From NCBI GenBank assembly GCA_038087875.1, contig CM075990.1, forward strand, positions 9,984,001-10,048,000: a DNA stretch of 64,000 nucleotides, written 5' to 3'. The translations under genes were made by a program, and so were the position numbers. The stretch's first letter is position 1. Each line of letters begins with the position of its first letter. Shown here in pieces: positions 41,850 through 55,658 of the stretch. This DNA comes from Malacoraja senta (lineage: Eukaryota). The notes under the pieces were generated by a model. That model had not been told where the DNA came from. It made no database searches and saw nothing but the letters and a program-made list of their open reading frames with translations.

Positions 41850-42380
41850 GGGGACATCTTCACGTTGTACATTAATGATTTGGATAAGGGAATTGAAGGC
41901 TTTGTATGTAAGTTTGCAGATGATATGAGGTTAGGTGGAGGGACACGTAGTATAGAGAAAGTAGGGACTCTGCAGAAGGACTTGGACAAGTTGGGGGAGT
42001 GCGCAGAGATGTGGCGGATGGAAATGGAATAGAACGTAGCAAAGTGTGAGGTCATGCAACATGGTAGTAGAAATAAAGGCAATGACTATTTTCCAAATGG
42101 GCAGAGAATTCAGAAATCAGAGGTGCAGAGGGACTTAGGAGTGCTGGTGCAGGTTTCCCAAAAAGTTAATTTGCACGTCGGATCGGTAGTAAGGAGGGCA
42201 AATGCAATTCTAGCATTTATTTCGAGAGAACTAGAATATAAAAACAGGTATGTAATGTTGAGGCTTTATAAGGCACTGGCCAGACTGCATTTGGAGTAAT
42301 TTTTGGCCTCATATCTGAGGAAATATGTGCTGGCGTTGGAGGGTCCAAAGGAGGTTTACGAGAATGATCCCAGGAATGAT
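41850..42380 (+). mobile_element. CR1 LINE RT fragment
   Basis: KFADD-encoding region followed by RDLGVLV..LYKALARLHLE. Confidence 0.88.
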
Positions 42381-45300
42381 TGGGTTTTCTCCGGGTGCTC
42401 CAGTTTCCTCCCACACTCCAAAGACCTACAGGTTTGTAGGTTAATTGGCTTTGGTAAAATTGTAAATTGTCCCTTGTGTTACTTTATGGGGTGATCGTTG
42501 GCCAGTGTGGACTTGGTGGGCGAAAGTGCCTGTATCCACGCTGTATCTCTAAATTGGCTCAGCAAGAGAAGACAGAGTGCGATGGTAGAGGGGTATTTTA
42601 GATATAACAACATTGTAATATTTTCACTTTCAATTACTTGGTGTATTTCAATTACTTACACACTTCTCTTTGGTCGTGTGGTTGGGCGATAATGTTAAAA
42701 GCTGCACTTAGCGTAATTTAACATTGAATTATGATCAAGTCAAATGATCTAAATTAGGGTTACAGGTAGAGAACAATTAGGCACAGATTTAGCAGAATGG
42801 TACCAGCGATTCAAGGATTAGATTACATTGTGCGGAATGTTCCATGCAACAAAATAACTGAGAAGTGGTTTCCTGATGTGTGAGATATCTGGGTTATTCT
42901 GGTTATTGCTCGAGGTTGCCCCAAATTGGCTGCCAAAAGCAAAGGCAGCCAGTCAGGAAAACTGTTAGAACACAAATTGCTGGAGGAACCCAGTGATTCA
43001 GGCAGCCTCTATGGAGCTGTCGGTTTTCTTGCTTAACATTCCATCATCTGCAGTCTCTTGTGTCACCAAAATAGTCCTGCAAGAATTCAGTGAAGTTGTA
43101 TCAGAGTCACCTATTTTCCTTTTATTCCTTCTCTTTCCTGTCCCCTTCCATGCATATCCCTCCTTCCGGCTTTACATTTCACTCCTCTTCTCTCCTTTCT
43201 GACACTCACTTGTATCCTTTCCTTCTCTAGACTTTGTCATTTACTCCACTCATCTGCCAATCCAATCCAATCCTAATCTGTTTCTACCTATCACTTACTA
43301 AGTTTACTACTATTATCACAGGAAATATTGATTGTATAGGAATGGAACAAGGCCACAATCCTGCCCATTAATCTCTTTATTTTTTTATTTCAAAAACATA
43401 CTTTATTCATAGTATATATAGTGATATACAATTGTTACATGTGTTTCTCTATATGAATTTACCCTTAATTTAATGCATTCTCTTGCAATGTGTCGAGACC
43501 GCACATGCTTTCGCCATAAACAATGCATCTGTGTGGTGTTTGGGAGTTTGTTACAGCAGCACAGTGGTGCAGTGGTAGAGTTGCAGCCTTACAGTTTGTT
43601 CCTGACTATGGGTGCTGTCTGTACAGAGTTTTTACGTTCTCCCTGTGACCACATTGGTTTCCTCCTACACTCCAAAGACGTACAGGTTTGTGGGTTAATT
43701 GGCTTCTGTAAATTGTCCCTAGTGTGTAGGATAGTGCTAGTGTACGGGGAGATCGCTGGTCGACACGGACTCGGTGGGCCAACGGGCCTGTTTTTGCTCT
43801 GTATCTCTAAAGTCTAAAGTAATGTCTAAAGCACATCACCAGTGCCAACAGTATCCTAGACTCTGGTCCTTCCCCAGAGAGGCTTCGCAATGGCTACAGC
43901 AAGCATCAGTGTGACCCTCAACACATATTCCTACACCTAGGAATGTGCCTGTCAGCAGTCTTCACTTGCGGACATCTCCTTACACTGGAGGACCATCATG
44001 TTTTGACAGACCAAAGTGTGCGCTTCACCGAGTTGATGATCTTCCAGAAGCTTCCGATGATTGTCTCACTATGTGCCCCTGTGGTCAACCCACAGACACA
44101 GAGCTCTCTCATGCAGCCACTTAGGTCAAATCTTGACAAGAATCATTGAACCCTTTTCCAGATCTTCTTGGCAAATGCACAGACCAAAGGCTGGTGGACG
44201 ATTATCTTATCCACACCACAGTGTGCATGAAGGATATGTGGGAGGTCCCTCCCACTGTCATCCATACAAGGTCTTCGTGCTTCTTTGTAAATTCGGGTGA
44301 TGAGGCATTCTTCTAAATGTCTTTGTCTGTTCTGGAATCCATCCCATATGATCTATTGACATGATCTATCACCCAGAGAATTGTGAATCTGTGGAATTCT
44401 CTGCCACAGAAGGCAGTGGAGGCCAATTCACTGGGTGCATTCAAGAGAGAGTTAGATAATTCGTATGGCTAACGGAATCAAGGGATATGGGGAAAAAGCA
44501 GGAACAGTGTACTGATTCTGGATGATCAGCCATGATCATATTGAATGGCGGTGCTGGTTCAAAGGGCTGAATGGCCTACTCCTGCACCTACTTTCTATTA
44601 TTCTATGTTTCTATTGTCTGCTTCTCCTGTTGTTTTTGCAGGACATTCTGTGCTGACCACTGCCTCGTGCTCAAAGGTGTTTTTTTTGCACTCACTTTTC
44701 TATGAAAGACATGTAATGCAGCAATGTCCAGGAGAGGTCAAGCCCATCTTTTGCAACATTGGGATTAGGTAGAATCTCAGCACAGTGGCCTTTGGTGTTT
44801 GTGCAACCAGGCTCAAACACCTTGATGTAGCCACACATAAGGTTGTATCAGGAATGGAGCAGCGTTGAGTGCATTATTCCATCCCTTTTCTCTGCAGGTA
44901 TGTACATCACAACTCTTGGAGAATTCATCAAAGAACCTTTCTAACCTAACCTCCTGATACACCAATATGGTCCACATTAGAATCTGAGATCCTTGACTCT
45001 TCCCCATCTCTATTTTTATGAAGTTGGATTCACTGTAGGATGAGTCGATGTTTTATAAATTACAATTTCAATCTTTTCTACCATCAGAACAATGGCTTTG
45101 ATTTTAACCATTTCCACCCATCCTCCTGGGCCATCATCTCATCACCTAACTTTATGGCAGTCTTAGCCCTCCCTGATCCTACATGCCATGGACATCACAC
45201 AAGAGTTACTAGACTATTGATCCCCGACCAAGAGGTGGGAGTACAAATCTGAAAGGAATTTAAATTCAAGTAATAAATGAATTTGGAAAGTTTTTAAAAA

Positions 45301-45559
45301 AAAAGCCAATTTCTGGAAGGCTGTGGTGAGGTCTGGAATGGAGTCGTCTTGGCAAACACCCCCAAACTAATGTAGATTGTGATGTGGTTTGTAGCACTGA
45401 ACAAGAAAACAGTTTATTGTCGATGATACCATCCACTACTTTGATGATGATTGAGAGCAGGCTGATTGGGCAATAATTAGCTGGATTGGATTTGTCCTGC
45501 TTTTTGTGACTAGGATACAGATTAGCTGAGCATGGTTAAACAATTTTCCACATTGTCAG

Positions 45560-45835
45560 GTAGCATGGAGGCCTGACCTTTGAAGTGGAATTGAAAGATC
45601 CCATGACTCCTATTTTAAAGAGGACCACCCAGTGTCCAATATTTATTTCTCAATCAAATTAGTAAAACAGATTATCTGGTCATTATCTCATTGGTATCTG
45701 CTTTGTGAAAATTGGCTGCTGCATTTCCTATGTTACGATCATCTACACTTCAAAAGTACTTCACCGGTTGAAAAGTGTTTTGGCGTGTCCTGAAGTTGTG
45801 GAAGGAGTTAACGAAATGTAAATCTTCCTTTTTCT
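45560..45835 (+). mobile_element. Deu-domain SINE (SacSINE1/AmnSINE1-like)
   Basis: CAGATTATCTGGTCATTATC..AATTGGCTGCTGCATTTCCTA..CACTTCAAAAGTACTTCA Deu-domain motifs. Degenerate copies at about 1420-1700, 36380-36660 and 46500-46750 (minus strand). Confidence 0.75.
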
Positions 45836-46759
45836 TTAAGAAAAAGAACTATTGCGAGTTGCTAATACTTTAATAGATTCTAAGATTGGATTGATTTGAG
45901 CACAGTGGCTCTCACGTAGAGTTTGAAAATTGTTCTCCTCAGCGTGTAATGAAAATAACCGAATTAACTCCTCATTGGAATGGCAGCTCAGTAACTAGGG
46001 GTCAATCTGCAAAGGGCAGCTCCTTGGAGCTTAAACTAATCTTAACTGGGTTTCCAAACTAAAATAAAAGTCTCGAACAGAACCTGCAACAGGAGGAGGA
46101 GGGGGAGGGGAAATTATCGAACAATGAGCTGAAGCTAAATTTGAAACATCAACATGTCCCAGACCTGCATTAACCCAAGCCTTTATTTGCAATGTAGTTT
46201 GTAGCACTGAACAAACCCAGGCTTCTGTTCATTGAAAGGAGAGCCATTGTCTGGCGTGGGGGTCTGCACGTCTTGTCTTCCCCACTATTAATCCTTCATG
46301 TGTCCGAGTTACAGCAGCACATCTTCTGCAGAAATGTATTACTGCCAACTCTACCTCTCTACAATAAGTTCCATTCACCTGGTCAGAAAAGAAATACAAA
46401 ATACACAGTGCTAAAAAAATGCCCAGAAGGATATACTGCTTACTTTATTCATGATTGACAGGCAAGTATCAGAAGCAAGACTGCTGCGTAAAATACAGAT
46501 GAAGAAGGCACACTTATTTTGCACCCTTCACTATACGTCAGCATTCTAGCACGCTTTACAACCAAGGCAGTTTCTGAAAGGTAGTCAGCACAGCCACAGG
46601 TTTGCATGCAGCAAGATCACGTGAACAGTATTGGGATATTGACCAGATATTTGTCACGTTGAGCAAGATATAGGTATTGTCATAACACAATTAAAATTGT
46701 CCTGCGCTTCAAAGTAGTTCGAGGCTGGGAGTGCTTTAGCAGCTAAATCGGACAGATGA

Positions 46760-47010
46760 CCTCTGACAGTGCAGCACTCTCTCAGTATTACCCCCTCATA
46801 GTGTGTTTGCCCTCAGTAAAGCCCCACCCACAGTGCGCTTCAGGCCCATTGCGGCCCCTCCACAGTGCAGCACTTGCAAAGTATGACCTCTCCCACAGTG
46901 CTACACTCCCTCAGTACCTCCCTCCCACAGTCCAGCTCCCCCTCAGTACTGCCCCTCCCTCAGCGTGGCACTCTCTCAGTGCAGCACTCCTTCAGTACTC
47001 CCTCAGTCCA
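46760..47010. repeat. Degenerate tandem repeat of about 30 bp (CAGTGCAGCACTCCCTCAGTACTGCCCCTCCCA-like)
   Basis: Several imperfect units are visible. Confidence 0.7.
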
Positions 47011-48009
47011 GTTCATTGTCTCTTAGGTAAACCATTAACCTGTGGCATTCTTTTTCATGAGGTCAGTGTGTTTCCCCCTCACCCACAACTGACTTCAATA
47101 AACAGCAAGCTCTGAACAAGCTTAAATGGTACACTTGAGTCCTTGTTGGTAAGTGAGATTCATGGGACTTAGATATGAAAGGGCTGGAATGGGGAATGGA
47201 ATGGGAAGTATGACGCAGTGTAATCTATACCCATTTCATCTGAGGCAACGTGTATTGGTCGCTAATACAAGAGCCACAGGAGTCCAGGATTCTGAGAGCG
47301 CGGACACCAACTGCAGAAAGATTCTAACTAAAACCGAAAATGATGAAAAATACTGGCAGTTTCCTCCAGTAGCCATCCTCTGGGGAAAAAACCTTTGTTT
47401 CAGATCTCCCTTAAATTCTCTCCCCGCCACCCCCCATCCCTCACCCCCCATCCCCCCTCCTCCCCATGCCCCCAACTATAAACCTGTTCCCTCTAGTTCT
47501 AGGCTCTCCTGATTTGGCTTTTTTAAAATTATATCTATGCCCCTACAAATCTATACAAGGTCAGCCTCTTACGTTCAAGTAAGAATAAACTTAGTTGACA
47601 CAATCTTCCCTTATAATTAGAGTCATAGTCATAGAGTGATACAGTGTGGATACAGTGTGACCCAACTTGCCCACACCGGCCAACATGTCCCAGCTACACT
47701 AGTCTCACCTGCCCGCGTTTGGTCCATTTCCCTCCAAACCTGTCCTATCCATCTACTTGTCTGCTTCTTAAATGTTGGGATAGCCCCTGCCTCAACTTCC
47801 TCCACTGGCAGCTTGTTCCATTCATGCACCACCCTTTGTGGTGTTTACAGCCTTCCATTCCAGGCAACATCCTGGTGAATCTGTTCTGCATTCTCTCTAT
47901 TGCTGCATTCCACATTATTCGTGTAACGTGTGACCAGAACTGTACATCATAGTGTGGTCTAATGAATGTTTTGTACTGCTGCAACATGATGTCCCAACTG
48001 TTATACCAA

Positions 48010-48695
48010 ATAAGTTGGCGTGCAGGTACAGCAGGCAGTGAAGAAAGCTAATGGAATGTTGGCCTTCATAACAAGGGGATTTCAGTGTAGGAGTAAAGAG
48101 GTTCTTCTGCAGTTGTATAGGGCTCTGGTGAGACCACATCTGGAGTATTGCGTAGAGTTTTGGTCTCCTAATTTGAGGAAGGACATCCCTGTGATTGAGG
48201 CAGTGCAGCGTAGGTTCACGAGATTGATCCCTGGGATGGCGGGACTGTCATATGAGGAAAGATTGAAAAGACTAGGCTTGTATTCACTGGAGTTTAGAAG
48301 GATGAGGGGGATCTTATAGAAACATATCAAATTATAAAAGGACTGGACAAGCTAGATCCAGGAAAAAAAATGTTCCCAATGTTGGGTGAGTCCAGAACCA
48401 GGGGCCACAGTCTTAGAATAAAGGGGAAGCCATTTAAGACTGAGGTGAGAAAAAACTTTTTCACCCAGAGTTGTGAATTTGTGGAATTCCCTGCCACAGA
48501 GGGCAGTGGAGGCCAAGTCACTAGACGGATTTAAGAGTTAGATAGTGCTCTAGGGGCTTGTGGAATCAAGTGATATGGGGAGAAGGCAGGCACGGGTTAT
48601 TGATTGGGGACAATCAGCCATGATCACAATGAATGGCGGTGCTGGCTCGAAGGGCCGAATGGCCTCCTCCTGCACCTATTTTCTACGTCTATTTC
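48010..48695 (+). mobile_element. CR1 LINE 3' fragment
   Basis: ORF 48020-48319 (LYRALVRPHLEYCVEFWSP) plus CR1 3' UTR. Confidence 0.92.
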
Positions 48696-49843
48696 TAAAT
48701 GCCTTGGTGTACGAAGGCAAGCATACCAGATACCTTTGCCTCGACCCAAGCCACTTGTGTCAATACTTTCTGGAGCTATGAACCTGCACCCTGAGATCTT
48801 TCTGTACAACAACTCCTAAGGTTCCTGCCATTTACATAGCATAGGGGAATGAGATGAAAGCAGCCAATTTAATATGAAAGTGCCCATGTGGTAGCAGCTC
48901 CCACAAATAACCAGCTAATGATTGAGCAGCAATGAATTTTGTTCCATCAGTCTGAATTTGATTCTAACCCAGGATTAGATATCGATGCTCCAACATCATT
49001 TACACCATACAAGCATCATTCTAACTCTAACCATTGTCTTTGGTTGGAACCTGACCTCCCAGCCATGAGTCCTGTCTGGAATACTGGTTCTAGAGAATGA
49101 ATGGGAAATAATGAAATTGTACCAGGTTTTAGAGAGATATATGGCACAGATAATTGCCCCACCAAGTCTGCGCCAACCAGCGATCCCCATACACTAGCAC
49201 TATATCACACATTCGGGATAATTTACAATTTTACCAAAAACAATTAACATACAAACCAGTATGTCTTTGGAGTGTGGAAAGAAACTGGAGCACCCGTAGA
49301 AAATCCAGTCATGGGGAGAACATAGCATCCGTAGTCAGATTGAACCAGGGTCTCTGGCACTGTGAGGCACCAACTCTACAACTGCGCCACCATAACCATG
49401 AGTGCGCAATCGTACTGAGGATGTTTCTGCACCAACCAAAGACTACCGTGCTGTACACATAGAGCTGGAGGAACACAACCCAGTCAGATTCACATGCAAG
49501 ATGGACGGTGAAGAGAGAAGAAGATGATGTGACTGAATTGTTGAACTTCTCTAACTTGGGTGACTGTTAGCTTGAAATTAATGCCCGACAACATTACCCA
49601 TGTCCAGGAGTATTTTTTACAGTATGGACATTGCAAATATGGAAAACTCTCGCTATCACACTATACTTGCCTGGAGTTAACTGGAGCAAGGCTGATGCTC
49701 TTGAAGAAGATAATTGACACAATGTCAATGGCAGAGTGTTTAAACTGCACATCTGCCATAATTTAAATTGAATGGCAGCACAGGTTCCAGCAATGGTTCC
49801 TCCAGCTTGAATGAAACAATAACCAGTGAATAAGTATAATAGA

Positions 49844-49864
49844 TTTATTGGTAATAATTTTATT
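49844..49864 (-). terminator. Probable FAM241B polyadenylation signals (two AATAAA on minus strand)
   Basis: TTTATT at 49844-49849 and 49859-49864, at the end of an apparently TE-free stretch of about 830 nt downstream of the stop codon. Confidence 0.55.
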
Positions 49865-50689
49865 TCACACTTGTTTTAGTGCACAGAGAAATTGGCAATC
49901 GCCTCCCAATTCTTCCACCTTCAAAACACAAAATCCATTAAATCACAAAATCCACTCATTCAATGATCACATTGAGACTTGCCATTGTTTTGGTCCAGGT
50001 TTATTTAGTTAAATTTGATGTCTCCTGCTTTAATAGAACAGGCCACCAGATACTAATCCAGTAACTTCACCATGATCCACTGGTTAACACTCCCTCAAAA
50101 TGTAACAGTTATCTTAAAGTCCCATTCATTAACACAGGCATGAACAAAAGGAAGCTGTCGCCAAGATCTTAGCACCAGGCTGGCATGAATATTTGTCATT
50201 TGAGGTGACGACTCCTTCAGTAGAGATGGTTTGATGACGTGGAGAGGTATTGCATTCCTCTGCTCAGTCTTAGCTGAGGTGCACTGCTGACTGCTAACCA
50301 CAATGACGTGAGACACCGCACACGCCAGGCGGATCTCCCTCCAGGTGAGCCAGTTGGATTTTTAAGACAATCTGCTAACTTTTTGTTCAATCTTTTGTGT
50401 CACAGCTTCTTTTATTTTAAGTTTTGGTTGGCTGATTTGAATGAACTGGAAGATCAGCACTTGATGAATTTTAAAAGTAAAGATGCCCCTGAATGCACAC
50501 AAATTGAGCAGTGATTCCATCATCCGACAATGCACCAAATATTGCAGGAATCAAGCTGCTGATGGCTAAAACAAACTATTTTCCTTTGTAGAGTTAAAAT
50601 TGTAAGTGTATTTTCTTAAACGGTTTTATAAGGGGAAGGAGAAAAGAGTCATTGTACAGTCAGATATAAGTGCACCGCAATTCTTTCAG

Positions 50690-50935
50690 TTACCGTTGAC
50701 TAAACCGAGAGAAGAGGTATAGCCCACCGATAAGTACAAGGCCGCGCATTCCAAAAAACATTAGCATCAACACCACAAGGACGGACATGATGGGTTCGAT
50801 GACTTGATTTCCCAGATTCCAGCGTGGAAAGCCCATGTTGATCAAACGTTGATTCGCATCTGCAAACAGCGATTGCCCTTGGTTGACAGGCCCCATGTGA
50901 GGCTGGTTCGCATTGTCCGCATTACGGGTGAAACC
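50690..50935 (-). CDS. FAM241B: FAM241B last coding exon (C-terminal hydrophobic/TM region)
   Basis: Acceptor ttttgttag|G at 50935, phase 0. Reads GFTRNADNANQPH-MGPVNQGQSLFADANQRLINMGFPRWNLGNQVIEPIMSVLVVLMLMFFGMRGLVLIGGLYLFSRFSQR*. The MGFPxWxLGN..EP..S motif and terminal SQR* are typical of FAM241B. Joined CDS is 114 aa. Confidence 0.93.
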   Translation of the reverse strand, partial: GFTRNADNANQPHMGPVNQGQSLFADANQRLINMGFPRWNLGNQVIEPIMSVLVVLMLMFFGMRGLVLIGGLYLFSRFSQR

Positions 50936-53399
50936 CTAACAAAACAGAATGGAACGAGAGAAAAATCAGCATTCTGCCACGTTTCAAACTGATTCCAGGA
51001 ATTCACTCCCCATCCCTAATGAGCCCAAGGAAGCTATCTGGACCAGTTCAAATGGCAGTGAGGAACCAATCACAGTAGCACAGGCTGAACCTGGGGCGAG
51101 AGGCCTCAATCTATCCAGCATTCTCAATCCAGCATTCAAAGAGCTCATGGATGAACATCTGCACCCTTTTACTCAATTTCCTTCCCTCAGTACCTGTGCT
51201 AAATCAGAATCTGTCTATCTCTAGGTGTCATTGTGGGGATCTATGCCAGGGAAATAACACCTGTTTTAAGATAATAGAAGCAGTAACAGTGCATGGATCT
51301 CCACATGATACCCGAGTTACTGTTGGCAATGCCAGCACTGGGCCACAGATCCCAGTACATCAGCAAGTTCCCAGTAACTCAACTTTAACAGGAACACTTC
51401 AATTGCAGAAGATGGGACAAAGGGTCTGTTTCAGTGCTATATGATTTTACAACACTAAGATGGCTGCAATTTTATATCATCTTATGTTATGTTACCTAAT
51501 AATCCCGATGGCTTGCCTCCAAGTTGCAGTCAATGTCCCTTGGACTTATACTCCAGCAATTGGATTAGCTTTCCTCAGCCCACAATGAACTACAACCAAA
51601 ACATTCTTCCTGTATTAGTCTTACAGCTATATATGGAACAAGACAGCAGTTCCTAGCTATTAGACCCATTTGCATCACTATTCAATACAAATGTTGTGAT
51701 GAACAATATAAGTCAGGAATGTGCACTGAGAAACGGTAGTGTTCCTATCAGGAATGATCTTAATGTGGATGTAATTTCTGCAGATTAGTTACATCAGACA
51801 TTGATCATTTGTTAAATGAAATATTATCAATAGATCACAACATGTGAGCTTTGTTATTAATTCATAATTCAACAAGGAAATCAGGATAACTGTAGTCCAT
51901 GATCTAAAGTGCTTTAGCTGGCACATAGTTTTTAGAATTTATTAAAAATGCATAGTAGCAGTTTGCAGTGTGAACGGAGGAAGTGGAAAGAGGAGAGAGA
52001 TTTAAAGTATCCACGATTTCTTAAGGCATCTTCTCCCACTCAATGTTCTCTTGGGGACCGTTAGATTGTGGTGGATGGCACTTGAACATGGGTAGTTTCT
52101 CAGAATAAGGAATAGGTCATCTATACTGAGATGAGGAGAGATTATCACTCGAGGATGGGGAATCGTTGGAATGTTTAACCTCGGGAATTCTTGGACATTG
52201 CATTCATTCAAAATTTGTTCGATTTCTGGATTGAGAGGATGAAGAGATACGGGGATAGTGCAGAAAAATGAAGTAGAGACAGAAGATCAGCCATGATCAC
52301 GATGAAGAGCTTGAAGAAGGATATGGGCCAAAGGCAGGTCGGTGGGACTAGTGTAGATGGGAGATGTTGGCTGGTGTGGGCAAGTTGAGCCAAAGGTGTA
52401 GAAAGGAACTGCAGATGCTGGTTTAAACCAAAGACAGTCCCAAAATGCTGGTGTAACTCAGAAGGACAGGCAGCATCTCTGGGGAGAAGGAATGGATGAC
52501 GTTTTTGGTCGAGACCGAAGAGCTTGTTTTCACGATGTAAGACTCTATGACTCTAAAATAGGGCAAGCTCCTACGGTAGAGTGGCTCCTGCTCTCAATTC
52601 TTACATTCTCATGCATGGCTTGGTAATTAATGGTTTAAAGCTGTAGGATAGAATTGTGAACTGATTTTTATTTACACGGATTTGTGATTTCAATACATGG
52701 CCTGAAGGGATGATAGTACGATACGATAGAATAGATAAAACTTTATTCATCCCCGGAGGGAAATTGGTCTGCCGACAGTCACAACACACAAGGTACACAG
52801 AAACTTGAAATTAAAAGTGAAAACAAAAAGAAAAAGACTGTTGGCTGGCTGTTGTATGCACAGAGCCTTCACCGAACAAACAAACACAACCCTGGTCAGA
52901 GGATTCTAAACTAGAGTGCCCCCCTCCCTCGGGTTCTCCTTTGTTCTCCCACCGTCCCTCTACGCTGGGTCCCCACTGTCTTGAAACAATTCAAATACAA
53001 CTTGCAAAAAAAAAAAACAGGATAAATATTTGACAAGGAACCATTTGTTGTTCTTCAACTGGGATCTCCTCTGTCAGGAACTTTGTTGGTTATCCAAGAG
53101 AGCATGGACTTGCTGGCCATACCACAGAGTGAAAGGGTGCATCACAGATAGATGCAAAGAGCAAGCTTTTGAAGGAATACCTTGTGTTGGAATGGGGATT
53201 TCCTAGTCTCCTCTAACTAGAATGTCAGCAGTCACGGAGACAGACCTGTGACCCTGAAGTTGGGGACGAGGGAAGGCAGGAAGAATAATTGGTGTCAACC
53301 TCAAGTGATGTCAGGATCCCATGAATTTATGGGGTTCTTGTTTGAAAGCGTTAGGACACCAAATGTAACAATTTAAACAAGAACTTATAACTTGTTCAT

Positions 53400-54350
53400 T
53401 CGGGCGAGGCGGGAAGTGGGCAGGGGTGGAAGTGCAACGTTGCATTTTGTGAGCGCCATTCGATGCTAGTAAACAAGTTGTGAGGGCCTGGTCGCACTAG
53501 GATGGGCAGGGGGGTGACCGAGAAAAGCGCTCCCACCCTCCTCCCCAGTGTTGTGCACCGACCTGCCGGCCCCTGTTGAGCTCCTCTCGGCGCGGAGGCG
53601 CCTTCCTGACCCGGGGGTCGTCATCCTGCACAATGTCTCCGTTGGCCAGGATACGAACCATCCTCCCGCACCGAGGCCTGGGGAGGGGATGGGATGGGAG
53701 GGGAGGCGAGGGGGGGTGGGGGAAGGAGAGGAGAGAAGGGGAGAGTTGTTAAGGGAGCCGCCCGCAAGCGCTGCAGCGGACGGACGCGTCTGAAACAAAC
53801 AAGCTCCTGAGACCAGGCGCCGGGCGAGTCCTCTCCGCTGGCAGCGAGCGAGCGGCTTTGGCTGTGCCCAGCCACAGAGAGGAGGGCGTAGAGGAAATGC
53901 GAGTCATCGCAGGGGTGTTACAGGGAATAAACTCCCAGCGAGCTGTTGTGTTCCCTTCCGCAAACTCTCCGCTAAACCCAGTGTGTGTGGGTTAGCGCTT
54001 AGCGGCGGCAACAGACAGAGAGACAGAGAGACAGAGCCATCCCCTTACTGCACGGACCCCCACCCGCAACACCTTCAACCTGGTCTCTTTTAACTAAAAA
54101 TGCATACACAAGGGTTGCTAAATGAAACACGGAGGTTCATTTTATTCAGTTCCAAACCCGGCCCGGTTCACAGGGACAGGAAGGGAGGTGAGGCTGCGAG
54201 AGGGAGTGTTTTGCTCCTCTGGTATCGTTGGTGTTTTCCCCCAGAAATTCAATCACGCCGTTCAAGGCGCTCGCCTCAAATGGAGAGCCAGGAAACTGAC
54301 TTTCAACTGCATTCCTGGTGCAGGTGCCCTGGTGCGTTTCGCCCACCCCT
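53400..54350 (-). promoter_or_regulatory. CpG-island-like promoter / 5' region of FAM241B
   Basis: Locally GC- and CpG-rich, non-TE sequence overlapping and upstream of the first coding exon, within an otherwise CpG-poor window. Confidence 0.7.
53563..53661 (-). CDS. FAM241B: FAM241B (C10orf35-like small membrane protein), first coding exon
   Basis: Manual minus-strand translation gives MVRILANGDIVQDDDPRVRKAPPRREELNRGRQ, matching the FAM241B N-terminal motif MVRILANGxIVQDDDPRVR. The exon is 99 nt and ends in a CAG|GT donor (phase 0). A pyrimidine-rich acceptor (ccccag) puts the likely exon start at 53677. Not in the ORF track. Confidence 0.93.
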
Positions 54351-54595
54351 GTACCCCATCCTTTAAGCACCTTCCAAGTCAATGTTTTTAGTTCAGAGTT
54401 ACAGCATGGAAACAGGCCCTTTGGCCCACTGAGTCTGTGCTCACCAACAATCACCTGGACACTGGTTTTATACTACACACTAGGGACAATTTACAGAAGG
54501 CACTCAGAGAAAACTCGTGCGGTCACAGGGAGAACGTACAAACTCCATACAGACAGCACTCGTAGTCAGGATCGAACCTGGGTCTTGCGCTGTAA

Positions 54596-55104
54596 AAGGC
54601 CTGTCCCACTTGGGCGACCTAATCCGCGAGTTTGCCCTCGACTCATACTTGCAGCATGGTCAACAGGAGGTCGTTGGAGGTCTTCGTAACTCTCCTTCAT
54701 GCTTGAGAGTGGTCTCCGCGTACTCGAGGCCTCAGCTAGGTCGCGGCATTTTTTTCAATATGTTAAAAAATGCCCGCGAGTAAAAAAAGGTCGTCATGGA
54801 AATAATCAATACTTTTTTAACTCGTAGGTTTAATTGTAGTAAGTCGTAGTAGGTGGCATGTTAGTCGTAGGTAATCGACAGTAGTCGAAGGTAGTCGTAG
54901 ATAGTCTTCATCATAGTCGAAGGGAGGTCGAAGGAGGTCGTCTTCACTTTCCACTATTCGGTGTCCAATTTTCCGGAAGTTAGTCGTAGCTAGTCATAGC
55001 TAGTCGAAGCTGGTCTTCAACATAGTCGAAGGAGGTCTTCAACATGTCATTTTTTCAAACTCTTCTAAACTCGCCAATTAGGTCGCCCAAGTTGGACAGC
55101 CCCT
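54596..55104. mobile_element. Harbinger-type MITE inserted in a SINE
   Basis: TIRs AAGGCCTGTCCCACTTGGGCGACCTAAT..ATTAGGTCGCCCAAGTTGGACAGCCCCT with TAA TSD. The SINE sequence resumes at 55108. Confidence 0.85.
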
Positions 55105-55658
55105 TAAGGTAGCAACTCTACCACTGTGCCGCCCCCAGTTTGGAAAAGTCAGTATGGGATCGGGAATTTTAGGCAGCTGTCCCCCTGTGTGAGGTGTACT
55201 TCATTAGCTGACTAGCATTTGGAGATGTTATGAAAGAGAGATGGAAATGTTTTACAGAAAGGCAAGTCTTTCTTTGAGCATTTTATCTGTTTGTATTTAT
55301 CTACTTCATTTATTGTGGATTTCAAGCACGCACAGGTACATTAAAAGCACCAGTGCAGGAAAACTGCTGATGGTACTCCCTCGAGGTTTGTGCAACCTGA
55401 TTTAGTTTAGAGATACAGCGTTGTAACAGGCCCTTCAGCCCACCGGGTCCATGCTGATCAGCAATTGCCTATGCACCAGTTCTATCTTACACACTAGGGA
55501 CAATTTAAGAAGCCAATTAATCTACAACCCTGCACGTCTTTGGTATGTGAGAGGAAACTGGAGCACTCGGAGAAAACCACGCGGTCACAGGGAGAGCGTA
55601 CAAACTCCATGCAGACAGCACCGGTAGTCAGGATCGAACCTGGGTCTCTGGCATTATA

